The notes under the pieces: generated by a model | Databases searched by the model: none | What the model was told of the DNA's origin: nothing | The model's input: only the letters and a program-made list of their open reading frames with translations | From: Actinomycetota bacterium | GTDB taxonomy: Bacteria; Actinomycetota; Acidimicrobiia; Actinomarinales; Actinomarinaceae | Length of the DNA: 60,630 bases | Reading direction: 5' to 3' | NCBI GenBank assembly: GCA_027729925.1 | Contig: JAQCEB010000004.1 | Coordinates: 1 to 60,630 of the forward strand | Program-made: the position numbers and the translations under genes | Shown here: positions 38,893-47,797 of the stretch, one piece after another | Layout: the number at the start of each line of letters is the position of its first letter | How positions within the stretch are numbered: position 1 is the first letter of the stretch

Positions 38893-39306
38893 CTAATCAA
38901 CCTTTGGTGCATTTTTAAACTGAACAGGAATTCTTCCTGATCCGTAGTTTTTTCTTAAAGGATGTCCAATCCAGTCATCTGGCATTAGTATTCTGGTCAT
39001 GTCTGGATGATTTTCAAACTCAATACCAAACATATCAAATACTTCTCTTTCGTAAAAATTAGCTCCCGGATAAAGATCAGTTATGGTCGGAATGGATAAA
39101 TTTTCATCATTTATTATTACTTTTACTGTTTTTCTTAAATTTTTTGAAACTGATAAAAATTGAACTACTAATTCAAAACGCGGTTCTCTTTTTCTAAACC
39201 AATCGACCGCTGTTAAGTCGACCATCATTTGAAATCCATCTTTTTTAATATTTGTAATTGTTTCTTTATAGTCTTCAGAACTAATAGTGATTACTTCTGT
39301 GTTCAT
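38893..39306 (-). CDS. nuoC: NADH-quinone oxidoreductase subunit C
   Basis: [28 protein letters not shown]. Confidence 0.95.
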   Translation of the reverse strand: MNTEVITISSEDYKETITNIKKDGFQMMVDLTAVDWFRKREPRFELVVQFLSVSKNLRKTVKVIINDENLSIPTITDLYPGANFYEREVFDMFGIEFENHPDMTRILMPDDWIGHPLRKNYGSGRIPVQFKNAPKVD

Positions 39307-39764
39307 CTGTTAATTTCACCGTCCATAATTTTTTGATGTAATGTTAAAATTCCATGCATAAGAGATTGTGGACCAGGGGGGCATCCAGGTACATATATGT
39401 CGACTGGAACTATATGATCAACACCTTGGACTAAAGCATAATTGTTAAACATCCCTCCCGTTGAGGAGCAAGCTCCCATTGCTATAACCCACTTAGGGTC
39501 TGCCATTTGATCATACACTTGTCTTAATACTGGAGCCATTTTCTGTGAAACTCTGCCAGCAACAATCATTAAATCAGCTTGTCGCGGTGATGCTCTAAAA
39601 ACTTCCATTCCATATCTAGCTAAATCATACTTAGCACTACCTGCTGCCATCATTTCAATTGCACAGCATGCCAAACCAAAAGTAACTGGCCACATAGATT
39701 GAGTTCTTGACCAACGGACTGCTTTATCGATAGTTGTAGTAAGGATATTGTCTGGAGTAAACAT
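39303..39764 (-). CDS. nuoB: NADH-quinone oxidoreductase subunit B
   Basis: [25 protein letters not shown]. Confidence 0.97.
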   Translation of the reverse strand: MFTPDNILTTTIDKAVRWSRTQSMWPVTFGLACCAIEMMAAGSAKYDLARYGMEVFRASPRQADLMIVAGRVSQKMAPVLRQVYDQMADPKWVIAMGACSSTGGMFNNYALVQGVDHIVPVDIYVPGCPPGPQSLMHGILTLHQKIMDGEINR

Positions 39765-40168
39765 TAAGCAACTTCCTTAAAAACATTTTTTTCAAAATAT
39801 CTTTCACGGCGAGGTAAATTCCAATCTAAAACACCTTTTTTCCAAACATAATAAAGAGTTTCTAAAACAAAAAAAGTAAATATAGAGATGGCCAAAATGC
39901 CATACCACCCAAGATTATTAAAACTTGTTGCCCAAGCAAACAAGAATATTATTTCAATGTCAAATACAATATACAACATTGCAACCATATAAAACTTTAC
40001 TGGAAACCTTTGAGAAGTCTCTGTCTCAGGAAAAATTCCACATTCATAAGGAGCTAATTTTTCTGCAGTGGCATTTTTAGGAGATAGCAAATATGAAACA
40101 CCAAGAGAGGCAAGGGCAAAACCCAAAGCTACTATCAACATTATCAAAATTGGAAGCCAGCTTAGCAA
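39764..40168 (-). CDS. nuoA: NADH-quinone oxidoreductase subunit A
   Basis: [21 protein letters not shown] start with GGAGGA SD. Confidence 0.95.
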   Translation of the reverse strand: MLSWLPILIMLIVALGFALASLGVSYLLSPKNATAEKLAPYECGIFPETETSQRFPVKFYMVAMLYIVFDIEIIFLFAWATSFNNLGWYGILAISIFTFFVLETLYYVWKKGVLDWNLPRRERYFEKNVFKEVA

Positions 40169-40186
40169 CTTCTATCCTCCCTTTAT

Positions 40187-40204
40187 TTGTGAAATTTTTC
40201 ACAA
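40187..40204. promoter_or_regulatory. Rex operator upstream of the 14-subunit nuo operon
   Basis: TTGTGAA-ATTT-TTCACAA, a perfect match to the Rex consensus TTGTGAAnnnnTTCACAA, 18 nt upstream of nuoA and about 1.4 kb from rex. Confidence 0.9.
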
Positions 40205-40252
40205 AGTATATTTATATTTTACTACTTTTATTTTGTTAAATTAATGAGGCTA

Positions 40253-41515
40253 TTAGTTTTTTGCCATTATTTTTAATATTTTTTGGGGGATTATAAATTT
40301 TATAACTAATTTTGATACCTCTGAAAGAGTTAAGTGAGCTTCATCAAACAAAAGCTCTACTACAAAATCGATAGTGTCCTGATCATTTGAGGCTACATTT
40401 AAAAGTCTCTTTGTCATGAAAGGTATTTGTAAAATTAATCTAGCTAATGTACAACTTAAAAAATGTTTATTAAATCTTTTATTAAATTCTCTGTAGTAGT
40501 TTGATATGCCTTGATTAATATTTTCAGAATTTATCTTATCGAATGTATTTTGAGCAAGTAAATAACCAGCCTCCATACCATAGAAGATTCCCTCCCCACT
40601 CATTGGGTTAATCATTGAACTAGCATCCCCAATAAGCGCGATTCGATTTGGCTTAGAGACTTTTGGTCTAAAAGAAGCAAATGGTAATAAATACGATTTC
40701 TTTAACCTTACATTTTCAACAATTACACCTCTTTTTTCAAGTTGTCCGACAAAATTATTTAATAGAGAATCTAAATCTAAATTGTCTTTTTTAAAAATGT
40801 TCAGAGGAACACCAATTCCAATGTTTAACATGTTATCCCTACTAGGAAATGCCCATGCGTATCCTTTTTCAGCTGAAACATTTATTTCAAACATCAAAGT
40901 TCTTTCCTTAAAAATATCTAAATAGTTTGGGCTATCAATATAAGCTCGTATTGCAATAGCTTTATGTTTATCAGTATTGCTTTTAAGTTTCATATTTTTT
41001 CTTACTCTAGAATTAGCCCCATCGGCACCAATTAATAATTTGGTTTTTACAGAAAGTTGTTTTTCTTCAGTTTTAAAATTCACAACAACAAAATCATTTT
41101 CTATTTCAAAATTCATAAAACTATAATTTTCAAATACATCAACTTGAAGGTTTTTTGCTTTATCTAGTATTCGATTGTCTAATTCATATCTTGGTATTAC
41201 ATATACAACTGAATCTGCTTTGTTTTTTACTTGAGGTATATAATTTTGTATTCCAACATTATCTGGTCCAAATAATGTTGTTGAGACAACTTGTGGTTCA
41301 TTTTCTAAAATATCAGCATTACCGAATCTTTTTAGAGCATTAATAACACCTGGCCCAATAGCATCTCCACAAGATTTATCTCTGGGAAATTTAGCTTTAT
41401 CGAAAATAGCAATTTTTAAACTTGGATTTAGATTTTTATATGAAATTGCTGCATTTGAACCAGCTGGACCGCCTCCAACAATTATTACATCATAATTTTC
41501 AAATTTATGAACCAT
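40253..41515 (-). CDS. Geranylgeranyl reductase-family flavoprotein, MenJ-like menaquinone side-chain reductase
   Basis: GGGPAGS, FPRDKSCGD, GADG, GYAWAFP, IGDASS..NPMSGEGI. Position just upstream of nuoA is typical of actinobacterial MenJ. Confidence 0.8.
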   Translation of the reverse strand: MVHKFENYDVIIVGGGPAGSNAAISYKNLNPSLKIAIFDKAKFPRDKSCGDAIGPGVINALKRFGNADILENEPQVVSTTLFGPDNVGIQNYIPQVKNKADSVVYVIPRYELDNRILDKAKNLQVDVFENYSFMNFEIENDFVVVNFKTEEKQLSVKTKLLIGADGANSRVRKNMKLKSNTDKHKAIAIRAYIDSPNYLDIFKERTLMFEINVSAEKGYAWAFPSRDNMLNIGIGVPLNIFKKDNLDLDSLLNNFVGQLEKRGVIVENVRLKKSYLLPFASFRPKVSKPNRIALIGDASSMINPMSGEGIFYGMEAGYLLAQNTFDKINSENINQGISNYYREFNKRFNKHFLSCTLARLILQIPFMTKRLLNVASNDQDTIDFVVELLFDEAHLTLSEVSKLVIKFIIPQKILKIMAKN

Positions 41516-41624
41516 GATATTTAACATACATGTAAAAAGTAATAATAAGAAACCATATAGCTGGGTTATAAATTATTTCATTTCGATTACTTGTAATTTA
41601 GATAGCTTATTAGATTGTGCATTA

Positions 41625-42269
41625 GTGAAAGAAAATAAAAAAATACCACCAGCAACAGTAAAAAGATTGCCTTTATATTTGCAGTGTTTAGACCAATTAA
41701 ACAAAGATGCAATTGGAGTGTCATCAAAAACTTTAGCTGATTTAGCTAAAGTTAATGATGCTCAAGTTAGAAGAGATTTATCTTATCTAGGTACATTGGG
41801 TACAAGAGGTGTTGGTTATGATATACAAACTCTCAGAAATCAAATTCAACTTGAATTAGGTTTAGTAGAAGGCTGGAGTGCCGTAATCGTGGGTGTTGGA
41901 AATCTTGGTTCTGCTTTAGCTCATTATGGTGGATTTAGAGATAAAGGCTTTGGTATTGTTGGACTTTTTGATTCTGATAATAAAAAAATAAATAATCAAG
42001 TAGCTGGTCTAGTAGTTAAGCCTCTTTCCTCATTGGAAGAGTATTGCAAAAAATATAATGTGGCAATTGGAATTATTGCAACTCCAAGCAGGTTTGCTCA
42101 AGATGTTGCAGATCATCTAATATCATGCGGCGTTAGGTCAATTTTAAACTTTGCTCCAGTTTTGTTAAAGAACTCTCCTGAAGTACAAATCAGATCTGTA
42201 GATCTTTCACAAGAATTACAGATTCTAAGTTATTACCTAGACAGGCCAGTGTTAAAAGCTGTAGAGTAA
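41625..42269 (+). CDS. rex: Redox-sensing transcriptional repressor Rex
   Basis: IPPATVKRLPLYL, VRRDLSYLG..GTRGVGY, VGVGNLGSAL, ILNFAP. Start set at GTG 41625. Confidence 0.95.
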   Translation: MKENKKIPPATVKRLPLYLQCLDQLNKDAIGVSSKTLADLAKVNDAQVRRDLSYLGTLGTRGVGYDIQTLRNQIQLELGLVEGWSAVIVGVGNLGSALAHYGGFRDKGFGIVGLFDSDNKKINNQVAGLVVKPLSSLEEYCKKYNVAIGIIATPSRFAQDVADHLISCGVRSILNFAPVLLKNSPEVQIRSVDLSQELQILSYYLDRPVLKAVE

Positions 42270-43549
42270 GATTTTCTTTGAAAATAGTATCCTAGAGTAG
42301 CCCTACTAACCAAACTTAAATCTAATGCAATCCATAAAGTTATTAGCTTATCGTTTCTAACTAAAAGTAATGTACATAAGATGAAACCTACAAAAGATGA
42401 AAAAATAGTTATTAAAGCAAAATTTTTTGTTTGATCGAGTCCAAGTAAAACACCGTCCCACAAAAATGCGAAACTTCCAATTAATAAACTAAATGAAAAT
42501 AAAAATCTTATATCAATAGTTATATATTCTATTAAATTATTTTTATCAAAGATTCCGACCATCTGTTTTAAAAATAAAAAACTTGAAATAAACAAACTTA
42601 TTGAAATTTTCATTGTTAACTTAATTAGCTCTTTCTGTAACTCTGAATTTTGGTAACTAACCTTTTTTGAAATTAGTTCTGCAACTAAAGCTTGTGATGC
42701 AATAGCAATTGCATCAACAAAAATATATCCAAATGACCAGAACTGTAATAATAAATGCTGTAATGCTATTTCTTGCATTGACATTAGAGATGCTTTATTT
42801 CTTAAAAATGCCATAAATAATGTTAAAAAAAGTGATCTTACCAGTATCAAAACTCCAATTTGGAAAAATTTCTTTTTTAGAAACTTTTTTTCAATTAGCT
42901 CATTTGTTTTTTCAAGTTTTTTTTGATATTTGTTTAATTGAAAACTTGAAAATATCGCAGCAAAAATAAATGATACAGTTGATGCAAAACCAATACCTGC
43001 AACTCCAAAATTAAAAATTATTCCAAATAAAAAACTAAAAATTATGTTTAGTACCGAAACAATTAAAGCGCTATAAAAAGTTACATTCGGTACTTTCAAT
43101 CCCCTTAAAACTGCTGTCGAATGCATATTCAATAAATAAAAAGGTATTCCTATACATCTAAAAATAAGATAACTTTTTGAAAGTGAAAAAATAGAATTTG
43201 AGGGATTAAATATAGAAATAATAAAATTACTAGAGTAAACAAGTACAAAAATTGAAGCGAAACCTAGTAAAACAGAAACATTTCTCCCAAATTTTATAAA
43301 ATATTTTAAATTATTTATTTCACCCTTTGTTTTTAAATTAGAAACAAAGGGTGTTGTGCCGTAAGCAAGAAAAATAAAAATCCATACAAATACAAAATAA
43401 ATTGTCTCTGAGATTCCTATTGCTGATAATGTTTGCAAACCTATTAAACTTGCAATTTTTGAATCTATCAACCCAACAATTGGTTCTAGTACTAACCATA
43501 AAAAAACTGGATATGAGTTGACCCAAATTTCCCGTTGAGTTTTATTCAT
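42233..43549 (-). CDS. MATE-family (DinF-like) efflux transporter
   Basis: EPIVGLID, DAIAIASQALV, about 12 TM helices. 3' end overlaps rex convergently by 37 nt. Confidence 0.85.
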   Translation of the reverse strand: MNKTQREIWVNSYPVFLWLVLEPIVGLIDSKIASLIGLQTLSAIGISETIYFVFVWIFIFLAYGTTPFVSNLKTKGEINNLKYFIKFGRNVSVLLGFASIFVLVYSSNFIISIFNPSNSIFSLSKSYLIFRCIGIPFYLLNMHSTAVLRGLKVPNVTFYSALIVSVLNIIFSFLFGIIFNFGVAGIGFASTVSFIFAAIFSSFQLNKYQKKLEKTNELIEKKFLKKKFFQIGVLILVRSLFLTLFMAFLRNKASLMSMQEIALQHLLLQFWSFGYIFVDAIAIASQALVAELISKKVSYQNSELQKELIKLTMKISISLFISSFLFLKQMVGIFDKNNLIEYITIDIRFLFSFSLLIGSFAFLWDGVLLGLDQTKNFALITIFSSFVGFILCTLLLVRNDKLITLWIALDLSLVSRATLGYYFQRKSYSTAFNTGLSR

Positions 43550-43844
43550 TTAAAAAATCTTTAGATTTAAGAATCCCCCACTGCAGAATTGAATTTAAAG
43601 CATCTTCTCCAAGATCTTGGGGTGTCAAAATCACACTTGAGTTTAATTCTTGTTTCAAAAAAGAATTAATTATCTGGGTAGGTGTTTTGTTTTGTTTAGA
43701 GAATTCTTTTTCTAATTCCTTATTTAATTCGGACTTTAAATTGTTTAATTGCATTTCATTAAATTCAAATTTATTTTTTATAAGAAATGAATTTAATCCA
43801 TTAGTGAGAGTATTTATAAATTGCTCCAAGTTAATACCAATCAT
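43542..43844 (-). CDS. Hypothetical protein, 100 aa
   Basis: Coupled by overlaps to both neighbours. No motif recognised. Confidence 0.6.
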   Translation of the reverse strand: MIGINLEQFINTLTNGLNSFLIKNKFEFNEMQLNNLKSELNKELEKEFSKQNKTPTQIINSFLKQELNSSVILTPQDLGEDALNSILQWGILKSKDFLNE

Positions 43845-44851
43845 GATGTAAATATTTGAACAATAATTAGCCCTAAAGGCCCCGAAACAACTCCAATTCC
43901 AACTCTTCTATATTCATTATCTAAAATTGTATTTCTGTGTGATTCGGAATTCATTAGACTTTCATGGCCAGATCTTACAGAAGAAGCAATTGCTAAGTTT
44001 TCGCCAACCGTTTTAAAAGGAAATCCTATTGATGCAACTCTATCACTAGCATTCTCACCATTTAAAGGGTTTTGATGGCAAAAGAAACCATTTGTATACA
44101 TCTCAAAAGCATATTTTAAAGCAACTTCAGATAAATTTTGATTTAACTCTAATGCATCAACGTCTTGGTTTTCCCTTTCAAAAGCAATTAAATTGTAATA
44201 TTCAATTTCAATATTTTTTTCTTCCTTTAAATTAGATAGTTTATAAATTGGCAACTCAAGGCAACCCTCATCATCAACAACAACTGTGGATTTTCCTGTT
44301 AATTCATTTATTCTTGAAACTACTTTTAGTAAATCTGTTCCTATTACAACTTCTAAGGTTTGCTGTGGAGCTCCTTCAGGGTTTGTATAAAATGAAACCA
44401 ATTTTGAGTCATTTAACGAATTTTTAACAAAGTTAGGTAAAGGCAAAGCGCTACTTGAGGTAAAAATTAAAGTTAAAACTAGATTACTTACAAGTATTGA
44501 AACTAAAGATCCTAGTAGCTTACTTCCTAAGTCATTTTTTTTAATTCTATTTATTAATATGTTGTTTAAATAAGATGAGATAGTTAATGTTGATGCAAAC
44601 ACAATTACACCACCGAAGATTTCTGATATTTGTAGATTAGAATTTAACCAACTGCTTATGTAATTACCAAAAACTTCTGAGTATCTAAAACTTAATGCAA
44701 CAGCTAAAAGAAGGGAAAAAAGATAATATAATTGAACAATTGCTCCCTTTTTCCATCCTTTAAATATAAAATATAAAATAAAAATATATAAAGTTATATC
44801 CAGATATTGTTGTTCTGAAAGAAATACTAAAATATTTTCTAAATTTTCCAT
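43841..44851 (-). CDS. CvpA (colicin V production) membrane domain fused to a CAP/SCP domain
   Basis: N-terminal KGWKKGAIVQL with 4 TM helices. C-terminal FFCH, VGENLA, LMNSESHRNTIL, RVGIGV. Confidence 0.8.
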   Translation of the reverse strand: MENLENILVFLSEQQYLDITLYIFILYFIFKGWKKGAIVQLYYLFSLLLAVALSFRYSEVFGNYISSWLNSNLQISEIFGGVIVFASTLTISSYLNNILINRIKKNDLGSKLLGSLVSILVSNLVLTLIFTSSSALPLPNFVKNSLNDSKLVSFYTNPEGAPQQTLEVVIGTDLLKVVSRINELTGKSTVVVDDEGCLELPIYKLSNLKEEKNIEIEYYNLIAFERENQDVDALELNQNLSEVALKYAFEMYTNGFFCHQNPLNGENASDRVASIGFPFKTVGENLAIASSVRSGHESLMNSESHRNTILDNEYRRVGIGVVSGPLGLIIVQIFTS

Positions 44852-44926
44852 AATTATTAATTTAATTTATAAAAATAATTCATTCTGCTATTGAAGAGTA
44901 CTAAAAATACGCTATTGTTGAATAAT

Positions 44927-44951
44927 AATTCCTACTAATTTAGTAGGAATT
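44927..44951. promoter_or_regulatory. Perfect 12-1-12 inverted repeat (operator or 5'-UTR hairpin) before the ABC binding-protein gene
   Basis: AATTCCTACTAA-T-TTAGTAGGAATT, between a putative TTGAAG/TATTGT promoter (44891-44918) and the GAAAGGA SD. Confidence 0.6.
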
Positions 44952-44982
44952 TTTAATTTCAGTAACTGAAAGGAAATTATAT

Positions 44983-46269
44983 ATGAAGAATCGCAAAGCT
45001 TTAGCTTTGATTGCGATTTTAGCTTTAGTAGCTGCAGCCTGTGGAAGCGCTGATGAAGTTGTAGAAGAAGAGGTTGTTGTAACAACTGAAGCTCCTGCAA
45101 CAACGGAAGCACCTGCTGAAACAACTGCACCTTCAAGCGATCCTCTAGTTTTGGCATCTTTAATGCCTTTATCAGGAGATCTTGCTTCACTAGGACCTGG
45201 TATTGCACTAGGTGCTGCAATTGCTGTAGAGCAAATCAATGCTGCTGGCGGGATTAATGGTCAACCAGTCGTACTTATTGAAGGCGATAGTGGTTGTGAT
45301 GGAGCTGTTGCTCTTACGAGTTTAAATGATGCAATTGCACAAGGTGCGCAAGGTGTTATGGGTGCTGCATGTAGTGGTACTTCTTTGGCTATCTTGGATA
45401 CAGCAATTGCTGCTCAAGTTGTAATGGTTTCTCCATCAAATACAAGCCCTCAGTTCACAACAACTGATACAAAGGGTTTTTATGCAAGAACCGCTCCATC
45501 AGACTTACTACAAGGTGATGTATTAGCATCATTGTTAGTTGATGACGGAGTTCAAACAGTCTCTATTATTTCTAGAGCAGACTCATATGGTAGAGGTTTA
45601 GCTGAAGCTACTGCTGCTGCGTTTGAAGCAGCTGGTGGTACTGTTAAAACTATTGTTTACCATGCAACAGATGCATCAGAATTTACATCTGAAGTAACTG
45701 CTGTAGGTAAAGGTGCACCAGATGCAATTGTTGGAATACTTTTTCCAGAAACTGGTTGCGGTGTGCTACAACCTGCTTTTGAACAAGGATTACTTGATAT
45801 TCCTTGGTACATGACTGATGGTGTTAAAGATGCTGGACTTGCATCATTATGTGGTCTTGGGACTGCTCTTGATGGATTTAAAGGTACCGCACCAGGATCT
45901 GCTGCAGGTGAAGCATTAGAAGCTTTTAAGGTTGCTTATGCTGCTGCAAGTGCAGATGGTTCAGATAACTTTATATTTGCACCACAAGCATACGATGCTG
46001 TTATGTTAATGGCAATATCAGCTGCTGCTAATGGAGTAACTGGGCCAGAAATTGCTGCTGGATTAGCTGCTGCTTCATCAGGTGGTACAAAATGTATCGG
46101 TGTTGAATGTATAGCGCTAGCTGCTGCTGGTGAAGATGTTGACTATGTTGGTGCATCAGGCGAAATCGAATTAGATGAGAATGGTGACCCAACTGCTTCT
46201 ACATATGATATTTGGACAACTGAGGGTGATAATAACCCTGTCTTAAGATCTGTAGACTTTGGTTCTTAA
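44983..46269 (+). CDS. Amino-acid ABC transporter substrate-binding lipoprotein (LivK/LivJ-like fold)
   Basis: Lipobox VAAAC, Thr/Glu/Ala/Pro linker, LMPLSG, INAAGGING, GAACSG, YARTAPSD, YDAV. Confidence 0.85.
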   Translation: MKNRKALALIAILALVAAACGSADEVVEEEVVVTTEAPATTEAPAETTAPSSDPLVLASLMPLSGDLASLGPGIALGAAIAVEQINAAGGINGQPVVLIEGDSGCDGAVALTSLNDAIAQGAQGVMGAACSGTSLAILDTAIAAQVVMVSPSNTSPQFTTTDTKGFYARTAPSDLLQGDVLASLLVDDGVQTVSIISRADSYGRGLAEATAAAFEAAGGTVKTIVYHATDASEFTSEVTAVGKGAPDAIVGILFPETGCGVLQPAFEQGLLDIPWYMTDGVKDAGLASLCGLGTALDGFKGTAPGSAAGEALEAFKVAYAAASADGSDNFIFAPQAYDAVMLMAISAAANGVTGPEIAAGLAAASSGGTKCIGVECIALAAAGEDVDYVGASGEIELDENGDPTASTYDIWTTEGDNNPVLRSVDFGS

Positions 46270-46288
46270 CAAGAGCTAATTTAAAGTT

Positions 46289-46322
46289 AAAAAAAAGGGC
46301 CTGCTCAGCAGGCCTTTTTTTT
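46289..46322. terminator. Bidirectional intrinsic terminator
   Basis: A8-G-GGCCTGC-TCA-GCAGGCC-T8 between convergent genes. Confidence 0.9.
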
Positions 46323-47040
46323 ATAACTTACCTAAATACAAATCTATAACTTTTGGATCAGACAATAATTCTTCACCTTTTCCATGATAAGCATTTCTTC
46401 CCTGGTCAAGGACATATCCCCTATTTGAAAATTTAAGAGCTCTTTTTGCATTTTGTTCAACTAATAGAATCGCAACTCCTGCTAAATTTATATTTTTTAT
46501 AGTTTCAAATACATCATTTATAGCAACTGGTGACAATCCAGCTGAAGGTTCATCTAATAATAAAATTTTAGGAGAAGTTACAAGAGCTCTTGAGAGAGCT
46601 AATATTTGCCTTTGGCCTCCTGATAGGTTCCCGGCTTTGTCTTTTCTTCTTTCTTTCAACATCGGGAATTGGCTAAAAATTTCTGTAATTTTATTTTTTT
46701 TATTGTTAATTGACCATGAACCAATTTCTAAATTTTCCTCAATTGTTAAAGAAGGAAAAACATTTGCTACTTGTGGAACATACCCTACTCCTTCAATTGC
46801 AATTTTATGAGTTGGAATATTGGTCTTCTCAATCCCATTTAAGAAAAACCTTCCACCACTAATTTTAATTAATCCCATTACTGCTTTTAGTAAAGTTGAT
46901 TTGCCAGCTCCATTTGGTCCAATTATCGAGACTATTTCTGCTTCATTCACAACTAAATCAACACCTTGCAAAATATTTAATCCTTTAACGTATCCTGCTG
47001 CTAATCCGTTGCATTCAAGTATCGGACTATTCATTTTCAC
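46321..47040 (-). CDS. livF: Branched-chain amino acid ABC ATPase
   Basis: GPNGAGKST, LSGGQRQILAL, LDEPSAGLSP, LLVEQNA. Confidence 0.88.
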   Translation of the reverse strand: MKMNSPILECNGLAAGYVKGLNILQGVDLVVNEAEIVSIIGPNGAGKSTLLKAVMGLIKISGGRFFLNGIEKTNIPTHKIAIEGVGYVPQVANVFPSLTIEENLEIGSWSINNKKNKITEIFSQFPMLKERRKDKAGNLSGGQRQILALSRALVTSPKILLLDEPSAGLSPVAINDVFETIKNINLAGVAILLVEQNAKRALKFSNRGYVLDQGRNAYHGKGEELLSDPKVIDLYLGKL

Positions 47041-47797
47041 TACCTAAATATGCTTCAATGACTTTTTTGTTACTTCTAATTTCTGAGGGGTTACCTTCAG
47101 CTATTAGTGAGCCCTCTGCAAGAACTACGATTCGATCTGATATCTTCATTACTGCTTCGATGTTGTGTTCAACCATTATTATCGTTATACCTTGTTGAGA
47201 AAGCTTGAGAATTAAGCTAAGAATTTCTTCAGCTAATTTTGGATTAACCCCAGCTAAAGGTTCATCAAGCAATAAAACATCAGGATTATTAATAATTGAT
47301 CTAGCCAACTCCAATAATTTTTTTTGACCTCCAGACAATTCTCTTGCGTATGAGTTTGCCATATGTTTAATATTCAGTTCTTCCATTACTTTATAAGCTC
47401 TATTTTGTAATTCTTTTTCATAATTTCTTTGAGTTGGAGGATTTAGAAATGACTTTAAAAAAGAATCATTTTTTACAGAAGAACCTGAAAATAATAGATT
47501 TTCTAAAACAGTCATTCTGTCAAAGACTTTTGTTAATTGAAAAGTCCTCACCATACCAAAACGAGCAATTTTATGTGGTTGAATGTTTGTTATTTCCTTA
47601 CCATTAAAGAATATTTCTCCTGAATCAGAATTTTGAAAACCAGATATTAAATCAAAAAACGTAGTCTTTCCTGCTCCATTTGGACCAATAATTGAGGTAA
47701 GTTGATTTTTTTGAAAAGTTAGCAGATCAATACTTACAGCTTTCAGCCCACCGAATGATTTAGATAAGTTTTTTACTTCAAGCAAATTATTTGACAT
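47027..47797 (-). CDS. livG: Branched-chain amino acid ABC ATPase
   Basis: FGGLKAV, GPNGAGKTT, VRTFQ, LDEPLAGVNP, VIEAYLG. Confidence 0.9.
   Translation of the reverse strand: MSNNLLEVKNLSKSFGGLKAVSIDLLTFQKNQLTSIIGPNGAGKTTFFDLISGFQNSDSGEIFFNGKEITNIQPHKIARFGMVRTFQLTKVFDRMTVLENLLFSGSSVKNDSFLKSFLNPPTQRNYEKELQNRAYKVMEELNIKHMANSYARELSGGQKKLLELARSIINNPDVLLLDEPLAGVNPKLAEEILSLILKLSQQGITIIMVEHNIEAVMKISDRIVVLAEGSLIAEGNPSEIRSNKKVIEAYLGSENE

Noticed and set aside
3779-40168. Two nuo clusters as an assembly artefact or recent duplication
   Set aside because: Paralogues differ throughout in sequence, length and gene content (EFG), with no near-identical nucleotide stretches noticed.
10156-41624. Longest-ORF starts for nuoI (10224), nuoK (31105), nuoH (33380) and rex (41514)
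   Set aside because: The extensions overlap neighbouring genes. Coupled or motif-consistent downstream starts fit better.
45082-45135. Short tandem repeat (TTEAPA-TTEAPA-ETTAP)
   Set aside because: Degenerate low-complexity lipoprotein linker, not CRISPR or a contingency repeat.
44983-46269. Higher-GC binding-protein genes (also 59787-60629) as horizontally acquired islands
   Set aside because: GC comes from Ala/Gly codons with A/T third positions, typical of highly expressed genes. No mobility genes or boundary repeats.
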